The position numbers and the translations under genes were made by a program. A DNA stretch of 64,000 nucleotides, taken from the NCBI RefSeq assembly GCF_009914755.1, contig NC_060942.1; one strand, given 5' to 3'. The stretch comes from the human T2T-CHM13v2.0 reference genome, Homo sapiens. Below, piece by piece: positions 13,451-25,078 of this stretch. Numbering within the stretch: position 1 is the stretch's first letter; every line of letters begins with the position of its first letter. The notes under the pieces are model-generated. The model saw only the letters and a program-made list of their open reading frames with translations, did no database searches and had not been told where the DNA came from.

Positions 13451-14692
13451 TATCATCATCATCATCATCCAGGAAGAGAGTAAATTACCTTTCACAATAT
13501 GATCATAATGGGCTTTAAAACAAAGAAATTTTGTGTTGATTAGAGAATAAGAAGAATCCACAATTTTAGCTTCAGGATAAAAGGGAAAGAAACATGTAAC
13601 ACGTGAAGGCCACAAGAGTACATGTACAAGAGAGGCTGTGCTCTTACTCAGCAAATGAGAGATGAACCACAGGTTAAACTGAGGCAAGGACAGAAGCTGG
13701 TGACTGTTCTCAGGAAAAAAAATGTAAAGTCCAAAGTAACTTTTGAGTATTATTGAATTAAATTATCTCTTTAAAAAATAAATGTTTCCCTTAAAAATGT
13801 TAAGTGACCATAAAATGGCTGTATATTCCTTTGTCTTTTCTTCCCAAGCAGTTTCAGAGTCTTGGATATGACTTGAGCTGCCTCAGTTGGGTTGAGCTGA
13901 AGACACGGGCATCTGGATATGAATCCTTTTTTCAACTTTATGAAACCCTAATGGAGGAAGATGTTACTAAAACAACAACAATAACAACAACATCATCAGT
14001 AAACAAGTGCTTTGCAATTGAATGTCAGAGATTTTTCAACGAGTTCTCAGCAGGAAACCTCCCACTGAGAAGCACAACCTGAAATCACTTCCCAGCAGAG
14101 TGGCTCTTAGAACCTGGATGTGCTCTGAACAGGTGTTCCAACAAGTGCTGCCAACTGTATCCTTCAAGTTGGGAGAAAGCCTCAGCAATTATTCTGAAAC
14201 CTTTAAAAATAAGGCATTCAGCTGAGAGCTGGGAGAACAGCATATGCTGAGGGAGAAAGTACCAGCTTTCATAAACTGGTAGTGTACACGTATATATGTT
14301 TGTGTTCTCCACATACATAATATTTATTACCTTTATCATATTCTTTAATTTTTTAAAAGGGGTTTCCTTTCTTTAGCTTTTTACTGGTGGACCTGTGAGA
14401 TAAATAAATATCACATGATCCTCAAAAGGTCCATATCTCCACAATTGAAGAATTATTAAATCTAGTGTACAACCTAACTATTCAAATTCCATACTTTAAT
14501 ACAAACCACCAAAGCTAATCTCTTCCTAATGACCAAATTTTGCGAGGGAGTCAGACAGGTTTGGTTATTTCCAACTGGAATACACAGAACAGTTGAATAA
14601 ATACTGATACTGGCTTGCAGGGAGGTAGCTCTATCCTGTCTTAGCCATTTACCTTGTACAGATCACTAAACGGTTCTGGGAATCAATGCGCT

Positions 14693-15220
14693 CATCTATA
14701 AAATGGGGAAAAATAATGCCTGCTGTGCCTACATTACATTTTGGTTTAAAAAAATCAAGTAGAAGGATGTGTGAGAAAGCTTTTAAAAGTCCTGAAACAC
14801 TGTAGAGATGCAAGGGACTATTATTTACACTAGAGTTAATTTTAGAATAAATGAAAGCATGTTTAAACTGCAGCACCCCTCCCTATATTATATTCATTCC
14901 CCTACTCCTTCTTGCATTTATAGACTATACTATATAATTACCAACTTTTTCTAGCATAATTCTGTAATATCTCCTGTTGCATAAGGCAAGAACAAGTTGT
15001 ACTTTGTTTGGTTCCATAATTATTATACATACTATATGCTCGTGTGTGTATGTATGTGTGTGTATATATATATATATTCTAGTGTAAATAATAGTCCCTT
15101 GCATTTCTATAGTGTCTCAGAGCTTTTAAAACTTTCCCACACATCCTTCTATTTGATTTTTTTTAACCAAAATGTAATGTAGGCACACCAGGCACTATTT
15201 TTTTTCCCATTTTATAGATG
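14693..15220. repeat. Long inverted repeat: arms 14693-14834 and 15078-15220
   Basis: Manual alignment of about 142 bp arms shows roughly a dozen differences (about 90% identity); homologous peptides appear on opposite strands in the ORF track (SSVNNSPLH...). Confidence 0.97.
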
Positions 15221-15813
15221 TGTGTGTGTGTGTGTGTGTGTACCCCCCCACACACAAAAGCATATATGTATGTATAATAATTACAATCATATATAATATG
15301 GCTTTTCCTATCTTGCAGGAACCATATTTTGACTGCTTCTTTTATGTGTCTTCTTTTACACTTGACCAAGTTTCAAAGACCAAGGATATACCAAGGGCTG
15401 AAGATTCAGAGGGCACCCTCTATTAATTATTTTATAACTAGAAGTTAAGAAAAATACAGAAAAGGTAAGAGATAGAATAGAAAATATTTCACACTCTTCT
15501 GGATATATAGAAGATGCTTCCCCAAAAACATCTAGTTTGGGTTTCCAGCTATCTTCCAACACTGTGTAGCTTCATGATAAAGTTAGAAAACACAGCTATA
15601 TAGTCAAGGGTCTTAATCATTGTAAACAAGTGTCAAAATGCATGTGGGGCAGTTGAGGGGTGATTGTTATTTAAGTATCATATGGAGAGACTGATATCTT
15701 TCTTGGAAGGCAACACAAATGAAATAAATATTTACTATTCATAATTTGCTATTGTCTTCCTAGCCAGAAACAGAGAAATAGACTAAATAAAAAAGACCCT
15801 CTCTACTCTCTAA

Positions 15814-15881
<68 letters not shown>

Positions 15882-15929
15882 GTGGTGGGGAGAGAGAGGG
15901 AGAGAGAGAAAGAGAGAGGGAGAGAGAGA
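15814..15929. repeat. Compound microsatellite (TC)n-(CA)n-(GA)n
   Basis: Read directly from the sequence. Confidence 0.97.
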
Positions 15930-17070
15930 CTCTGTTCTAGCACTTTGATTTGATGACAAATTTCTACCTCAAACCCCTTCCTTCCTAGATCCTCTCACAA
16001 ACACCAAGCCCTAACCCTTTTAACACTAAGATGTTATATCCACAAGGTGTGAATGCTCCCTGTGCAACTGTGTTTGTTTCACATTCTCAAGTTTATTACT
16101 AATGAGTATTTCACTCATTATGCAAATGTGAAATGACAGGGAATCGATGACTTCAGATCAAAGCCAAGGGTAGAACTAGCAGCCTGACCAAGACCTCAGT
16201 CGAGCTAAATGAGAGACCAGCCCATATCTAGTTGCAGCATACTTGCAGCATACACCTGGCGGAATAGTCTTGACTGGTCATGGGATTAGTGACCTTTCAG
16301 GCAAGACTATCTGGCTCTGCTGGTTCACAATGACTTCCTGTGAGCCATGCCCAGGGCTCACTTCCCTAAAACCTGTGGGCAGCAAGTTGTTACATTTTCC
16401 AATTCTATGTCCCTATCATAAAAGAGGAGCTTCTAATGACTACATTTTTTGAAAAGGGTTTTGAAAGTCAGTGTCAGTTTCATTCTGTTCTAAGGGTAGA
16501 TAGACACTTAATCCTGCTTTGAAGGAAGAGTAAAAAGAGGCTGAAATTGAGGGTCACCAATTGCAAACAGACTCCATTAAAATTGCCACCAGACACACGT
16601 TATTAATACACCTAATGATAGTAATAGTCACAATTTATCTAAACCATTTATGTAAATGGAATTAACATACATCATTTATGCAAATGTTAGCATATGATAC
16701 CATCCAGGGCATATATGGTGGTTTTTTTTATTATTCATCATATCATTATCTGTGATCATAAAATTTTACTGGGTTAAGATAAATTAAATTTTTAAGTAAC
16801 CGTATATCTATTAGGTCCCACATGTTCATAAAATTCTGCTTTAAAAGACTGTTGCGTAATTGTAAGGCATGCACTTACTTGATTTACCTAGTGTTATCAG
16901 AAGGATAATGACTTCAAATGTTGGCATTTTTATGATCAACAGCTATGTTAAAAATGTCCATGTATATAGACAAATACATGGACTATAATATGAAAAGATA
17001 GAAGAATGATTTTATAGGAATTTTTCATTGCTCTAGTTTAAAATGTCATTTTTTAAAATGATGATATGCT

Positions 17071-17439
17071 TATCTTAGTTGACTTGGACTGCCATAACAA
17101 AATACCCTAAACTAGGTGGTTTAAACAATGGAAAGTTATTTTCTCACAGTTTTGGGGGCTAAGAGTTTGAAATAAGGGTTCCAGCATGGTCAGTTTCTGC
17201 AGAGGGCTCTCTTCCTAACTTGAGGAGAGCTGCCTTCTTTCTGTGCCATCATGAGATGGGGAGAGAGCTACTTCTCTGGTCTCTTCTTATAAGGGCACTA
17301 ATCCCTTATGAAGACACCACCCTGATGACCTCATCTAACCCTAATTACCTCCCCAAACCCCTGTCTCCAAATGCCATCACACTGGGGATTTTGGCTTCAA
17401 CATTAATGTTAGGGGGGCACAAATATTCAGTCTATAGCA
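17071..17439 (-). mobile_element. MLT1A/MLT1A0 MaLR solo LTR
   Basis: ctgccataacaaaatacc...ttttctcacagtt...ataagggcactaatccc...atgacctcatctaaccctaattacctccc; imperfect 5-bp TSD atgct/atact. Confidence 0.88.
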
Positions 17440-17863
17440 ATACTTTAGAATTCTTTAAAATAAAAATACCATAAAAAGTTTTAAAATGCCATTAAGTTCC
17501 ACTCAATTCAAGCATTTAAATTAAAAATATATATCTGAAATAGTTCTCTTAACTACGAACTTTAATTAAGCAAAATTTAACTATGGAATGAACAAATGAT
17601 TTACTATGAGTTACAAAAACTTTCAGCATACTTCAAACAATACATAATCATTCTCCCAGTAGGGCCCTGTCATTTGCTATCTACCAATGTCTCTTCAGGG
17701 AAACCCTTTAGCTAGGGAGATATCTTTATCCAAGCACTCATCAACATCTGTTCTTGCTTTTGTCAGTCTTTTGCTACATTACTGCCTCCCAGGTCTACAA
17801 AGAAAGATGACAATCTGCTGGCTGCTGGAAATTCTGTCTCTCTGACTATAACACTCAAGTTAC

Positions 17864-19193
17864 TGTATTACTCAGGGTTCTCTAGAGAAAGGGAACCAAC
17901 ATATATATATTTATATTTATATTTATATATATATAAATATATATATAAATATAAATATAAATATATAAAAATATATATATAAATATATATAAAAATATAT
18001 ATATAAAAATATATAAAAATATATATATAAATATATATAAATATATATAAATATATAAATATATATAAATATGTATAAATATATAAATATATATAAATAT
18101 GTATAAATATATAAATATATATAAATATGTATAAATATATAAATATATATATAAATATGTATAAATATATAAATATATATATAAATATATAAATATATAT
18201 ATAAATATATATAAATATATAAATATATATAAATATATATAAATATATATATAAATATATATAAATATATAAATATATATATAAATATATATAAATATAT
18301 ATAAATATATAAATATATATATAAATATATATAAATATATATAAATATATAAATATATATATAAATATATATAAATATATATATAAATATATATAAATAT
18401 ATATATAAATATATAAATATATAAATATATATAAATATATATAAATATATATATAAATATATATAAATATATAAATATATATAAATATATATATAAATAT
18501 AAATATATAAAAAATATATAAATATATATAAATATATATAAAAATATATAAATATATATAAAGATATATATAAATATATATATAAATATATTAAAAAAAT
18601 ATATAAATATATATAAATATATAAAAATATATATATAAATATATACATAAATATATATAAATATATATAAATATATATAAAAATATATATAAATATATAT
18701 AAATATATATAAAAATATATATAAATATATATAAATATATAAATATATATATAAATATATACACACATACACACACATATACAGTGACTATATATATATA
18801 TATATATATAATAAGAAAGATAAATTATCTTGGGGAATTGACTCACACATCATGAAGGCTTGCATGGTAAACCCTAAATCTCCAGGGTAAACTGGCAGGC
18901 TGGAGACCCAGGGAAGAATTGCAGTTTCAGTACAAAGGCAGTATGGCTGGCAGAATTCCTTCTTGCTCAGGGGAGGTCAGTCTTTTGTTCTATTCAGGCC
19001 TTCAACAGATTGCATTATGCCCACTCACATTCTGGAGGGCAATCAGCTTGACTAAATGTCCACCAGTTTAAATGTTAATCTCATCCAAAAATACACCCTC
19101 CAAGAAACATCCAGAACAACATTTGAACAACATTTGACCGAATACCTGGGCATTGTGGTCCAGCAAAGGCCACACATAAAATTTACCATCACA
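17864..19193 (-). mobile_element. MLT2 (ERV-L) solo LTR containing an expanded TA tract
   Basis: tgtattactcagggttctctagaga ... aatgttaatctcatccaaaa ... acataaaatttaccatcaca; imperfect 5-bp TSD gttac/gttgc. Confidence 0.88.
17901..18811. repeat. About 0.9 kb AT-rich tandem array (ATAAAT(AT)n units)
   Basis: Read directly; almost purely A/T apart from a short CA run near 18760-18790. Confidence 0.99.
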
Positions 19194-19756
19194 GTTGCTT
19201 TATGTCAAGAACTGATACTCCCCTTAACTATCTTTCTTTTTATCCAACTCCAAACAGGTTTAGATGAATATATATTTTTGAGTACTTATCACAGGGTAAG
19301 CATCAGTATAGGCACTTTAACACTCAAGGTTTTAAAGATGCACAAGACAATCTTGTGGGAGAAATTTTAATATTATCTTCATTTTACATATGAGAAAATT
19401 GAAGGCAGTTGGTTTAATTGATTATATGCAAATCAAATATCCAGGTCACAACTCTCCCAGGGGACTGTCTTTTTATATATTTATATAAATGGAACTCTGT
19501 GTCATGACACAGGGTTTATATACCTTCACTTCCCCAGTCAGGAAAGACTACATTGTGTGCAGTCCACAATCCACCAAACTTCCCTTTTTACTTCCCTTAA
19601 CCTTAAGATCTTTCTCATCTTCTAAATCTCTCACTGCTTCAAGGCCAATCTCATTATATTACAGTTGTTTCTATCGTTATTAATTGTCTCTACTAAAATA
19701 GAATAAGAGCTGTCAATTTTGAGTTTTGCTATGTGTCAGACACCATACTATTACTT

Positions 19757-20077
19757 TTTTGTTTTATTTTATTATTATTATTATTATTATTATTTGAGAT
19801 GGAGTTTCACTCTTGTTGCCTGGGCTGTAGTGCAATGGTGCACTCTCGGCTCACTGCAACCTCCGCCTCTCGGGTTCAAGCGATTCTCCTGCCTCAGCCT
19901 CCTGAGTAGCTGGGATTAAAGGCATGCGCCACCACGTCCAGCCAATTTTTTCGTATTTTCAGTAGAGAGGGAGTTTCACCATGTTGGCCAGGATGGTCTC
20001 GAACTCCTGAGCTCAGGTGATCCACCTGCCTTGGCCTCTCAAAGTGCTGGGATTACAGGCCAGTAAAATGTCTGGCC
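19757..20077 (-). mobile_element. AluS (Sq/Sp-like) with (TTA)n tail
   Basis: gagatggagtttcactcttgttgcc...caaagtgctgggattacaggc; 5' end altered. Confidence 0.95.
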
Positions 20078-20734
20078 TATTACATTTAAAAAAAAATCAT
20101 CTTATGTCATTCTCTTTCACATGAGTATGAACGCAAACATACACATGTACATATACTTCTATGAAGCAAGTACATTGTACAAAAGAGATAATTAAAATAT
20201 AGGGGTTTTAAGTAAGTCGTTTAACATCAAGCAATTAGTACTTAAAACCAGATGTAGGTACTGGTAAAATCCATGTGTAAGACCACCACCCAACACTGCC
20301 ACTTCACCAGTTATCACATGAAAACAGGGGTCTTCAACCAGCTCATTTCCATCCATATAGAAATGCTTAATCAGATGGGAGATTCATTCCCAGCTGGAGG
20401 TATGATATAAAATAAATCTGACTGCCCCAGGTCCAGTATGTGTGTATATCTAAATACTTAATTTGCTACTACATTCTCCTACTTCTTGATATTTATGCCC
20501 CACAGGTGTTAAGAGTCACACTTACAGGGGTTTTCCACAGTAGAGACTAACCTCCAATCCAGGTTTTTCTTGTTTTTGTTTTTGTTTTGTTTTGTTTTCC
20601 CTAGAGATTGAACTACGCTTCTAGTGACACCAGCAATGGCCTGTATTCAGTTGCAAACTAAGAAAACCTCTGTGGAGATTTATTGACTATTGATCAGAAT
20701 TATTTCACTGGATCAAAGCCATTTTCCCAGAATA

Positions 20735-20860
20735 TAAGTTCCATGGGCTCAAAGACTTTTGTCTCTAATTTTTTGTTTTTACTATCATATTCCCAATGGT
20801 TATAACAGTGCCTAACACATTGAAATACTCAATACATAATTTTGAAATGAATGATTGAAT
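20735..20860 (+). mobile_element. L2 3' end fragment
   Basis: taagttccatggg...aacagtgcctaacacat...actcaata...tgaaatgaatga. Confidence 0.65.
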
Positions 20861-21529
20861 AGATGGGTGTTTGCTGGTTGTAAATAATATTATAATTTAG
20901 AGAGTTGGTCTCCAGCCTTTGTTGGTCATTCACACATCCAGGCTATGCTCTCTAAACCCATCCCTATATATACCCATATAATGTAGGCCTACATGCCAAT
21001 TCTTATTTTCAAGTCATGATTCTATCTGTCCTTTGCATACCAGAGTGCATTCAGGGTTTCCTCTATGACAATGTCATGTTCACTAGCTGCAGATTATTGT
21101 GAGCCCTATAGAATTTTCTTGTATGTAAGATTTTGGGATCCATGCTCTCTGACACCATCTTGAATGACAACTATCTATTTACCTCCTTGAAGGTGCTCAG
21201 CTTCAGCTTCCATCTGGCTGCAATGTGACATTTTATGACAGTCTATTTTAAAGTAAAAAAGGTGGAAAAATAGGAGTATACAAATTCAATACTCCTCAGC
21301 TTACTGTTTAATATCCTATACAATATGAACCAAAACTATCTTTCTAAAAATGTTCTGTGTTCTCCCTGGCCATTCTGCAAGTACACCTCACTTTCACAAA
21401 TCTAAGTTTCTGTTTCTTTCCCTCATAATCATGTCTCCCTCTTTTCCCCACACATCCAGATCTTATATTATCTTTCAGCTGCACATCAATTCCTCTTTTC
21501 TCTATGATTTTCCTAGGTAGTAATTTGAC

Positions 21530-22110
21530 AAATATTATGTTAAAAAAAAAGACTTCCTAGGCACCAAGCCCAGCTCCCCATAAGTGGTGATGATAAAGCA
21601 GTCATCGTCTCTGTCTTCAAGAGACTTGGAGTGCAGGAGAAGGAATAAGTAAGAAGAGCCCCATGGACTCAAAACTGTGGAGAATTTAGAAGAACGAAAG
21701 TTTGCGTAATGCTTGCCAGCAGAGGCCATTCTTGAGCAAAGTTGGAAAAAATGGAAAAATTGTTGAAGAGAGAGGTGTCAAGAAAAACATACTTCATGAA
21801 CAAATAAAAGTCACAGGCTGCATATGAGCAACTACAATTCATTTGATTTGATGAGTTATTAAATAATTATGAAAAAAAGCATCACAAAAAAGGTAGTCAG
21901 GTTGACTAAAGCTAGTCAATAGGGTAACATAATGCCATTCTAAATAACTTGAAATTTATTCAGTTGACAATAAATGAGGAGACAGTAATTTTTTAAAGTA
22001 TAATGAATGAGATGATATCGAAAAAATATGTGTTTTCAGTGGGGGGAAGTGACAACAGGATGGAATGGAAGAGGAATCCAATGGCATGTGCATGCAGTCT
22101 AAAGTGCTGT
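21530..22110 (-). mobile_element. Decayed L2 fragment
   Basis: Purine-rich antisense L2-like run; limits approximate. Confidence 0.45.
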
Positions 22111-22329
22111 AAGATTCTCAAAGTTAACAAATCTGAAAACAAAGCAAAACAAAACAAAACAAAAAAACAAAAGAAAAACAAACCTTTGTGATCTCATCTT
22201 GTACTTCACCAGCCAAGAGACTTGCTCTTCCCCATTCTCTCTCATGTTGGTAACGCTTAAATTTTAACACATTTTTAAACATGGATTAACTGGAATAAGT
22301 GTTCTAAAATGTAAATTCTTTAATGAAAC

Positions 22330-23445
22330 TCTTCTAGCACAAATCCTTCAATAACTGGCTATTCCATTTTAAATGGAATCTAACCTTTTTTCTTTGACTC
22401 ACAAAATCCTCTATGGCAGTGGTCCTCAATCTTTTTGGCACCAGGGACCGATTTCGTGGAAGACAATTTTTTCTACCAGTGGTTGTGGGGAGGGGGTTTA
22501 GGGATGATTCAAGTGCATTATATTAATTGTGCACTTTATTTCTATTATTATTATCTTGTAATATATAATGAACTAAGTATACAACTCACAAGAATATAGA
22601 ATTAGCAGGATCCCTGAGCTTGTTTTCCTGCAACTAGATAATCCCATCTGGGGGTAATGAAAAACAGTGACTGATCATCAGGCATTAGATTCTATAAGGA
22701 GCCTGCAACCTAGGTCCCTCACATGCACAGTTCACAGTAGGGTTTGCCCTCCTGTGAGAATCTCAAGCTGCTGATGATCTGACAGGAGACGGAGCTCAGG
22801 TGATAATGCCAGTGATGGGGAGTGGCTATAAGCACAGATGAAGCTTGGCTTACTTGCAGTCAGTCACGTCTTGCTGTGAGGCCCGGTTCCTAACAGGACA
22901 ATTGGTACTGGTCTGTGGCCCAGGGAGTTGTGGACCCCTGCTCTATGGCAAACCTTGCTCACTCTTTTCGATCGTCATCATCTCCTATCCTTTACCCACC
23001 CACACTGGCCTTCTTGCCATTGGGGAACACCTCAATCCTGTTTGTTATCCTGTCTAATCCTTCACCCTTGAGGTTTTATCAACCGGAATTCTTTTCTCCC
23101 AGATCATTTTAAGCTTATATGTCTCTCCCCAGTCAGGTCTCTACTGAAATATCTCCTCCTTAATGAGAGCTTCCCTGACCTGACCTAACCACCTCTCTAA
23201 AACAGTCTTCTCCCTCCACCTCATAATCTCTTTCTCTTTCCTCTCACTCTGCTTTGTTTATTGTCCTAGCACTTATTTTAAAAACATTCTTTATTTTTTA
23301 TTTGTTTGTTTCTTGCTGCTAACATTTAAGATCAACTCTACGAGCCCATCTGCTTTCCTTGTTCACCACTTTTATTTTTGGTGTTGAGAACAGTCATTGC
23401 CTTAGAATAGGCTCAATTAAATTTTTCTTTAATGAAGAATGAGTG
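22330..23445 (+). mobile_element. L2 fragment interrupted by MER1A
   Basis: cacactggccttcttg, agagcttccctgacc, cctagcactta, aataggctcaat...aatgaagaatga. Confidence 0.6.
22417..22940 (+). mobile_element. MER1A (hAT-Charlie) full-length MITE
   Basis: Termini cagtggtcctcaa...ttgtggacccctg; perfect 8-bp TSD ctctatgg at 22409-22416 and 22941-22948. Confidence 0.95.
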
Positions 23446-23887
23446 CAGAAGAAAAATCAGAAGACAAAAAGGTTATTTAGGAGTCTCTTGCAAAAATCTG
23501 GAACTGTTACATCTAAATGCAATTTTGTTATTCATTTAGTATATAAATAAATATCATGGTGTGCAACTGCATTGCCAATCTGCATTGGTAACTAACTCTT
23601 GCTATTCGATCTTTGAGAGTGCAGATTTTATGTCTCTAGCTCTAGGAATAGCACAACCAACTTATAGTTTTTCCTCTCTATAACTTCAAACACAAGGCTT
23701 GCACCCTTTGAGTACAGAAATATTTATTAATTAAATAAATGGTTAAAAATTGGATATGATGACAAATTTGGAGGATACAAGAAGTAGGAAGCAAAATGAA
23801 GAAGTGTCTAAAAACGACAAAGGAACCATTGTGAGACTAGACCTATGTGAGAAACAAAAGATGGTCCTTTTTCAAAGCGTAGATTTA

Positions 23888-24053
23888 GGTGGAGTTTCCT
23901 AGCCTTGGCACTATTAGTACCTGGGCCAGATTTGTCTTCATTGTGGGGGCTACAGCCTTCACTCTCATTTGTGACAATCAAAAATGTTTCCAGATATTCT
24001 CAAATGTAATCCTGGGAGGCAAAAATCATCCCTATCCCTATTTGACAACCACC
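23888..24053 (+). mobile_element. MER20 fragment (hAT-Charlie)
   Basis: ccttggcactatt...gggccagat...ttgtgggggct...gtgacaatcaaaaatgtttccagatatt. Confidence 0.75.
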
Positions 24054-24194
24054 AACTTAGATGATAAGAAGCAACATTGCACCTAGCTCTTCTTTGCCAA
24101 GCACATAACTGAGGAAGACCTTGAATCGCCATTTCAATCACAGTAGAAAGTTAAAATGCACTAATCCATACTGTACATGTTTTTCCACACTCAT

Positions 24195-24335
24195 AGCAGG
24201 GTGAGTCATTGAGCCCTCATCTAACCTGGCCTGCTCTCCCACAGCCTCGGGTGAGCTCCCCTCTGCTAGCAGTTCTGCCAAGCTGACTCAGACACAGGTG
24301 GCAGTAGGAGCACTTCACAGTTAATTAATGCAAAA
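24195..24335. promoter_or_regulatory. Candidate AP-1 enhancer
   Basis: TGAGTCA 24202-24208, TGACTCA 24284-24290, E-box CAGGTG 24295-24300 and TTAATTAA in apparently unique, more GC-rich DNA; motif evidence only. Confidence 0.35.
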
Positions 24336-24990
24336 TTACATTTGGGGTAATTGTTGCAATAATTAGCCACTTTCGACTCAGGCCATGATTTTACCCTTTC
24401 TCTCTTCTAGAATATCATCTCTAGAATGTATCACTTGACCTCGGACTCAAGGCCCAGATAAAGCACAGCCTTCCCTGACCCCTCAGGCCCTCTCTGGGCT
24501 CCCCCGTACATTGTGATCTCTGTGAATTCCTAGTAACAATCATCACCTATACCCAGTACTCTATTTGTTCAACTGTCCTTCAGGTCTCTTCCCAATTAGA
24601 CGGCCTGTTCTTGAGGGATGGAAACTAATGTTTTAAATTTTGTTATTCTCCTACTTCATTAGTACTATACCTATTAATTAGTACAGAATAGGTGCCCTGT
24701 AGATAATGGTCATTAATTTTATGTAAATGACCATAATATTTATGCAAAAAACCCATGATGGAATGGTCATCAACCTGAGTCAAAAAGTAAGGTGGCTTTA
24801 TTTCAAGGTCACACAGGTGGCATGGAAGGTGCATAAGACTAGGCTGAAGGTATGGCTGAATTTGCTTTAAACTGAGACGTTTGGGGAACCGTCAAAGACA
24901 TAGCTATGTCATTATGGACATCTGCTAAGAATGCTAAAGGTAAACAATCACCTGAAAGATATATTTGCTTGCATGTAGTGGGAAACAGCA

Positions 24991-25078
24991 GCTCATTAAC
25001 TCTCTGCTTAGCTCGTTAACTCACCAGCTCGTTAGCCCTCTGCTCGTTAACTACTTAGCTCTGATTAGCTCTGCTCAC
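24991..25078. repeat. Degenerate repeat of GCTCGTTAAC-like units
   Basis: gctcattaac, gctcgttaac, gctcgttagc, gctcgttaac, then ttagctctg x2. Confidence 0.85.

Noticed and set aside
17882-18846. 298 aa and 307 aa ORFs
   Set aside because: Y/I/F/L-only translations of the AT array, which lacks stop codons on that strand.
24291-24308. CTCF-like AGGTGGCAGTA
   Set aside because: The 5' half of the core motif does not match.
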